Shown here piece by piece: positions 57,965-64,000 of a DNA stretch of 64,000 nt; the first letter of the stretch is position 1; each line of letters opens with the position of its first letter. The position numbers were made by a program, and so were the translations under genes. The DNA is taken from contig OX597833.1 in the NCBI GenBank assembly GCA_951406725.2, positions 2,108,001-2,172,000 of the forward strand. The letters are read 5' to 3'. The notes under the pieces were generated by a model. The model was not told the DNA's origin. It saw nothing but the letters and a program-made list of their open reading frames with translations, and ran no database searches. This DNA comes from Octopus vulgaris (taxonomy: Eukaryota).

Positions 57965-59700
57965 TATGTATATATATATATAACAGAAAGCTCGCATGCA
58001 ACTATACATTAAAGGTACCGACGTCGACCGAGCCAATGGGAATCTTTATCGAAGAACAGCAGGCTTTCTTTTTTTTTGCGTGAATCGTGATTTCTGTTTG
58101 TTTTCTATGTTATTAAAACCCATTCTCTGGCAAAATTTAGGGCATTAATGAATATTGATTGAGAAATAGGAAAATAAAAGGTAAGAATGAGACCTCGAAA
58201 GGCGAAAAGGCAAAGTCGATCTCGGTGAAATTTGAACTCAGAATATATACCTGAAGGAAATACCTATTTCTTTATTACCCACAAGGGGCTAAACATAGAG
58301 GGGACAAACAAGGACAGACATAGGTATTAAGTCGATTACATCGACTCCAGTGCGTAACTGGTACTTATTTAATCGACCCCGAAAGGATGAAAGGCAAAGT
58401 CGATCTCAGCAGAATTTGAACTCAGAACGTAACGACAGACGAATTACGGCTACGCATTTCGCCCGGCGTGCTAACGTTTCTGCCAGATCGCCGCCCTACA
58501 AACACAACAATATTATTTTCTACTCTAGGCACAAGGCCCGAAATTTTGGGAGAGGGTGCCAGTCGATTAAATCGATCCCAGTACGCAACTGGTACTTAAT
58601 TTATCGACCCCAAAAGGATGAAAGGCACAGTCGACCTCGACAGAATTTGAACTAAGAACGTAAAGACAGACCAAATACCTATTTCTTTACTACCCACAAG
58701 GGACTAAAACACAGAGGGGACAAACAAGGACAGACATAGGTATTAAGTAGATTACATCGACCCCAGTGCATAACTGGTACTTATTTAATCGACCCCGAAA
58801 GGATGAAAGGCAAAGTCGACCTCGGCGGAATTTGAACTCAGAACGTAACGGCAGACGAAATACCTATTTCTTTACTCCCCACAAGGGGCTAAACACAGAG
58901 GGGACAAACAAGGACAGACAAACGGATTAAGTCCATTACATCGACCCCAGTGCATAACTGGTACTTAATTTATCGACTCCGAAAGGATGAAAGGCAAAGT
59001 CGACCTCGGCGGAATTTGAACTCAGAACGTAACGGCAGACGGAATACCGCTAAGCATTTCACCCGACGTGCTAACATTTCTGCCAGCTCGCCGCCTAGAA
59101 GGAAAATTACAATATGATACTACTTAACGATTTTCTACCTTATTACTCCTATTTTTATTTAGCTACAATTTATAGCCAACATTTTGAAAAGCGAGAAAAA
59201 AGGAAAAATTCTCTTTATGGTCTTTAAGTGTGAAGTACATTATACTAACCTATAACTTATAGCTAAATTTCAATTTCTGAGCTACAGTTTTTGCATCAAT
59301 ATTGCTTCAAGTATTCTCACAAGCGTCTCTATAATTCTCCTTATGAAGTAGTTTTGTATTTGTTCCAGATTCTACTTGATAATAGGTTATTGTTTCTATC
59401 GGAGGAAATGTAAATAATTTTAGGTTTCTTGACAGTATAAATGTCAGAGCTAAGTCTGTAATGGAATGTGTTTGCATACTTAGGAAATTGTACGTGAGCT
59501 ATAACAGGTCGGTTTCGAATGGCACAAGCACTTTAATGTTGAGTGGGGGTCCTTTTCATATCTTCGTATTCGTAGTGTTCCGTGGCTATTTCCGTACTCT
59601 CAGATCCGTAAAAAGATGCCTTGCAGCGCATGCGCCTTAGTGTATCATCCACTGTTTCCAGGAGTCTTTCATTGTCATAGAGTGGAGATGTATTCCGATA
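56600..59700 (-). pseudogene. Fragmented fossil Penelope-like element ORF (reverse transcriptase, thumb, probable GIY-YIG remnant)
   Basis: Collinear degenerate motifs: RRMRCKASFY (~59620), VPFETDL, IYISSDRNNN, FTLKDHKENF (~59205-59231), FYFPISQSIFINALNFA..SLLF (~58050-58180), FFGLKIT (~57400), YIHMDS..SHP, IWFLCPY (~57050), NFLELKEKQF, KLFNRNCFKVSYRCSPN (~56911-56965). Confidence 0.8.
58190..59095 (-). mobile_element. Two adjacent SINE family B arrays inserted in the PLE fossil
   Basis: Heads end at ~58495 and 59095. Confidence 0.9.
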
Positions 59701-59837
59701 TGTATATGTATGTGCGTTTATGTATGTGTGTGTGTGTGTGTGTCTATGTACACACACACATGTATATATATTGTGAATATATATGTGCATATGTGTATAT
59801 ATATGTATGTATATATATATGTGTATATATATATGTA

Positions 59838-59912
<75 letters not shown>

Positions 59913-59914
59913 TC

Positions 59915-60170
59915 GAGACACAATGGCCCAGTGGTTAGGATAGCCTACTCGCGGTCGTAGGATCGCGGTTTCGATTCCCAGACCGGGCGTTGTGAGTGTT
60001 TATTGAGCGAAAACAAAAAACACCTAAAGTTCCACGGGGTTCCGGCAGAGGGTGGTAGCGAACCCTGCTGTACTCTTTCACCACAACTTTCTCTCACTCT
60101 TTCTTCCTGTTTCTGTTGTACGTGAATTTCAAAGGTGCCTGCCTTGTCACAATCTGTGTCACGCTGAGGT
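59915..60170 (+). mobile_element. SINE family C, partial
   Basis: CAATGGCCCAGTGGTTAG..GGTTTCGATTCCCAGACC. Confidence 0.8.
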
Positions 60171-60463
60171 ATATACTTTGCCTGGACGGGATGCTCGTCC
60201 ATTGTTGGATAACTCATTTCTGCCAGCTGGGTGATCTGAAGCTACGTAAGGTGACGTGGTTTGCTAAAATACACAAAGCGCTGACTGGTCAGAAATCGAA
60301 CCCACACTTTTACGATCATATGTCCAGTACCCCAAACCACTAATCCACAACCCTTCACTAATTTTTTATTTGTGAATATAAGTCCTTAAGTCGTTCCATT
60401 GTAATATCTTTTTACTACTAGTCTCTGGAACAGTCTTCTTTTTCTCTGGTGTATAATATTTAG

Positions 60464-60848
60464 TGTGGAGGCGCAATGACCCAGTGATTAGGGCAGCGGA
60501 CTCGTGGTCATAAGATCGCGGTTTTGGTTCCCAGACCGAGACTTGTGAGTGATTATTGAGCGAAAACACCTAAAAGCTCCACGAGGCTCCGACAGTGGGT
60601 GATGGCGAATCCTGATGTACTCTTTCGCCACAGCTTTCTCTCACTCTTTCTTCCTGTTTCTGTTGTACCCGTATTTCAAAGGGGCCAGCCTTGTCACAAT
60701 CTGTGTCATGCTGGTTCTGCCTTGAGAGCTACGTTAAGGGTACACGTGTCTGTGGAGTGCTCAGCCACTTGCATGTTAATTTCACGAGCAGGCTCTTTCG
60801 TTGATCGGATCAACTGGAACCCTCGTTGTCGTAACCGACGGAGTACCA
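60464..60848 (+). mobile_element. SINE family C, full length, older copy
   Basis: Degenerate TSD ATAATATTTAGT / ATGATATTAAGT. Confidence 0.85.
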
Positions 60849-61739
60849 CGATGATATTAAGTCCTTTAAACTTTCTGCCTATTAACATTCCTTAAATATA
60901 TCGGTTTCATTTTTTGACTTCTTGGTATTTATTCATTTACCTTACAAAGGCCTTAAGCTTCGTTTGGGGCAAAATCGTATAAAATGTTTTGTCGTGTTTA
61001 GGGACACATATTACGCCAGTACTATAAACATATGCTCTGATTCAATTCCATTCCTTTATTATTAGTCAACCGGTTAAATATCCAACTAACTCATCGATTG
61101 TTTGTTTAACTTGGGTTAAACAGTAAGTCGCTTGTTTTGTTGATGTTTGTCAAAGCTCTTTCGTTGCTATTTGCGACCGATTTCTATAGCATTAATCCTG
61201 GATGTTTTAGAAACATAAACACGTAAATGTTATATTCTGTCTTCCTTGGTATTTTAACATCACGTTATATCAAAATCTGCCTCAACGCACGAATTCTCAT
61301 AAAGAATCCTGCATGCCATATACGAAAAGGACGTGTAAAAAATCATATTTACTTAAAGTACAATTTGTATTTATCAATACCAAACCATGCTTTCTTATTA
61401 GTGTAACTCTGGTATTTGTAACCACACCTGGAGATAATTATATTTCATACGAACATAAATAAAATATCTTATTTAAATGGTTTTGAATACCATGAAAGAT
61501 AGAAAATAATTTATCCTTCGTTTCACATTTAAATTTGTTTATAGGTCGAAAATATTTCAAATATTACAAAAATTAATAACCCAATTTCTGTAGCAATTAA
61601 TCCTCGATATTTTAGAAAAATAAATACTTTTAAATGTGAAATAATGAAGTAATGAATTATTTTCTGTTTTTCTTGGTATTTAAAATCGTGAGATAACCTT
61701 TCGAAAATATGATTTTTAAATGTGGCATTTCCATAACTT

Positions 61740-62699
61740 TTCTATTCTAGGCACAAGGTCCGAAAGTTTTGGGGGGAGGGGGTGCAGTCGATTAGATCGA
61801 TCCCAATACGCAACTGGTAATTAATTTATCGAACCCAAAAGGATGAAGGGCAAAGTCGACCTCGACAGAATTTGAACTCAGAACGTAAAGACAAACGAAA
61901 TACCTATTTCTATTTCTTTACTACCCACAAGGGGATAAACACAGAGAGGACAAACAAAGACAGACAAACGGATTAAATCGATTACATCGACCCCAGTGCG
62001 TAACTGGTACTTAATTTATCGACCCCGAAAAGATGAAAGGCAAAGTCGACCACGGCGGAATTTGAACTCAGAACGTAAAGACAAACGAAATACCTATTTC
62101 TATTTCTTTACTACCCACAAGGGGCTAAACACAGAGAGGACAAAAAAAGACAGACAAACGGATTAAATCGATTACATCGACCCCAGTGCGTAACTGGTAC
62201 TTAATTTATCGACCCCGAAAGGATGAAAGGCAAAGTCGACCACGGCGGAATTTGAACTCAGAACGTAATGGCAGCCGAAATACTTATTTCTTTACTACGC
62301 ACAAGGGGCTAAACGCAGAGGGGACAAACAAGGACAGACAAATGGATTAAGTCGATTACGTTGACCCCAGTGCGTAACTGCTACTTAATTTATCGACTCC
62401 GAAAGGATGAAAGGCAAAGTCGACCTCGGCGGAATTTACACTCAGGACGTAGCAGCAGACGAAATACCTATTTCTTTATTACCCACAAGGGGCTAAACAC
62501 AGAGGGGACAAACAAGGAGAGACATTGGTATTAAGTCGATTATATCGACCCCAGTGTGTAACTGGTACTTAATTTATCGACTCCGAAAGGATGAAAGGCA
62601 AAGTCAACCTCTGCGGAATTTGAACTCAGAATGTAACGGCAGACGAAATACGGCTACGCATTTCGCCCGGCGTGCTAACGTTTCTGCCAGCTCGCCGCC
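61740..62699 (-). mobile_element. SINE family B tandem array (5 units)
   Basis: Head at 62699, four type-1 tails, final unit with the alternative tail. Confidence 0.9.
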
Positions 62700-62988
62700 C
62701 TGTGGCATATTTATAACTGCTACATTAAATATAATAGGATGGAGTACGAAGGCGGTGAGCTGACGGAATCTTTAGGACGCCGGACAAAATGTTTAACGGC
62801 ATTTCATTCGTCATTACGTTGTGAGTTCTAATTCTTCTTGTGGTCGACATTGCCTTTCATCGTTTAGGGGCTTTATAAAATAAGTGTCCGTTGAGCACGA
62901 GGGTCGATGTAAACGACACACCAGCATTGGTTGTGAAGCGATGGTGGTGGTGGTGGTGCTGGGGACAAATACAGACACAAAGACTCGC

Positions 62989-63039
<51 letters not shown>

Positions 63040-63040
<1 letters not shown>

Positions 63041-63262
63041 TCTTTTACTCTTTTACTTGTTTCAGTCATTTGATTGCGGCCATGCTGCAGCACCGCCTTT
63101 AGTCGAGCAACTCGACCCCGGGACTTATTCTTTGTATGCCCAGTACTTATTGTATCGGTCTCTTTTGCCGAACCGCTAAGTGACGGGGACATAAACACAC
63201 CATCATCGGTTGTCAAGCAATGCTAGGGGGACAAACACACACACAAACATACATAGACATAT

Positions 63263-63328
<66 letters not shown>

Positions 63329-63490
63329 GACAGGATTCTTTCAGTTTCCATCTATCAAATCCACTCACAAGGCATTGGTCGGCCCGGGGCTATAGCAGAA
63401 GACACTTGCCCAAGATGCCACGCAGTGGGACTGAACCCGGAACCATGTGGTTGATAAGCAAGCTACTTACCACACAGCCACTCCTGCGCC
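63040..63490 (-). mobile_element. SINE family A with expanded internal (TA)n
   Basis: Reverse complement head and tail. Confidence 0.9.
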
Positions 63491-63525
<35 letters not shown>

Positions 63526-63561
63526 GACATACTTCCTTCAGTTTCCGTCTAAGAAATCTAC

Positions 63562-63721
63562 TCGTCAACGGAAACAATTCTATGTAAATTGGACATCTCC
63601 TATACTCATTTAAATGTATGTGTGTGTATACATACACGCACACACACATACGCGCGCACGCACATGCATTTAAATGAGTATAGGAGATGTCAAATTCACA
63701 TAGAATTGTTTCCGCAGACGA
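63562..63721. repeat. About 60-bp inverted repeats around a CA/TG spacer (MITE-like fold-back)
   Basis: CGGAAACAATTCTATGTAAATTGGACATCTCCTATACTCATTTAAATGTATGTG versus CACATGCATTTAAATGAGTATAGGAGATGTCAAATTCACATAGAATTGTTTCCG. Confidence 0.85.
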
Positions 63722-63953
63722 ACGCTATTTTTGTACCATTTCTCCAATAATATTATGGAATCCATACCTGAGAGTTGTGTAGACATCCTATTTAGATGAA
63801 TCCAAGTCTTACGGATCTCCGTTTAATTTTACAATTCTACGCTAGCTAAGATCCGGCATGATGTGATAATGAGGTGATAGCCGGCAGAATTATCATAGTC
63901 TCTGTATATATATGTATATGAGTAGACCGATCTATCTATCTATTTTTCTATCA

Positions 63954-64000
<47 letters not shown>

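Overview
AT-rich, microsatellite-saturated eukaryotic DNA. The SINE families and repeat landscape suggest an octopod cephalopod (Octopus-like); this is inferred, not verified. The only host gene evidence is a large low-complexity first coding exon (ATG 1775 to donor ACG|GTAAGT at 2716/2717). It carries GCPFSRL, RKISN..GSD and RRVELRGLIEAVGTLILPT motifs that resemble the N-terminus of soluble guanylate cyclase alpha subunits. The rest appears to be a >61 kb intron with no confidently identified second exon. It is filled with three tRNA-derived SINE families (one in 184-bp tandem arrays), LINE fragments (R4/Dong, HERO, Tx1, RTE, CR1/L2 types), a near-complete dead pogo/POGK-type transposon, Tigger-like MITEs, two non-autonomous Helitrons and a fragmented fossil Penelope-like element (PLE). 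The most notable signal is a set of short, non-coding, (TA)n-embedded, often fold-back elements carrying type I hammerhead ribozyme folds. One is canonical and lies in a 583-bp partial-tandem plus inverted element at 45650-46825. Several minimal families have recurrent non-canonical cores (CUGUYGA, CCGAYGA). Together they look like PLE-mobilised mini-elements or retrozymes that target TA microsatellites. Almost all ORFs in the supplied track are microsatellite or SINE artefacts. Family assignments are from remembered motifs, not database searches, and repeat boundaries are approximate unless TSDs or TIRs are quoted.
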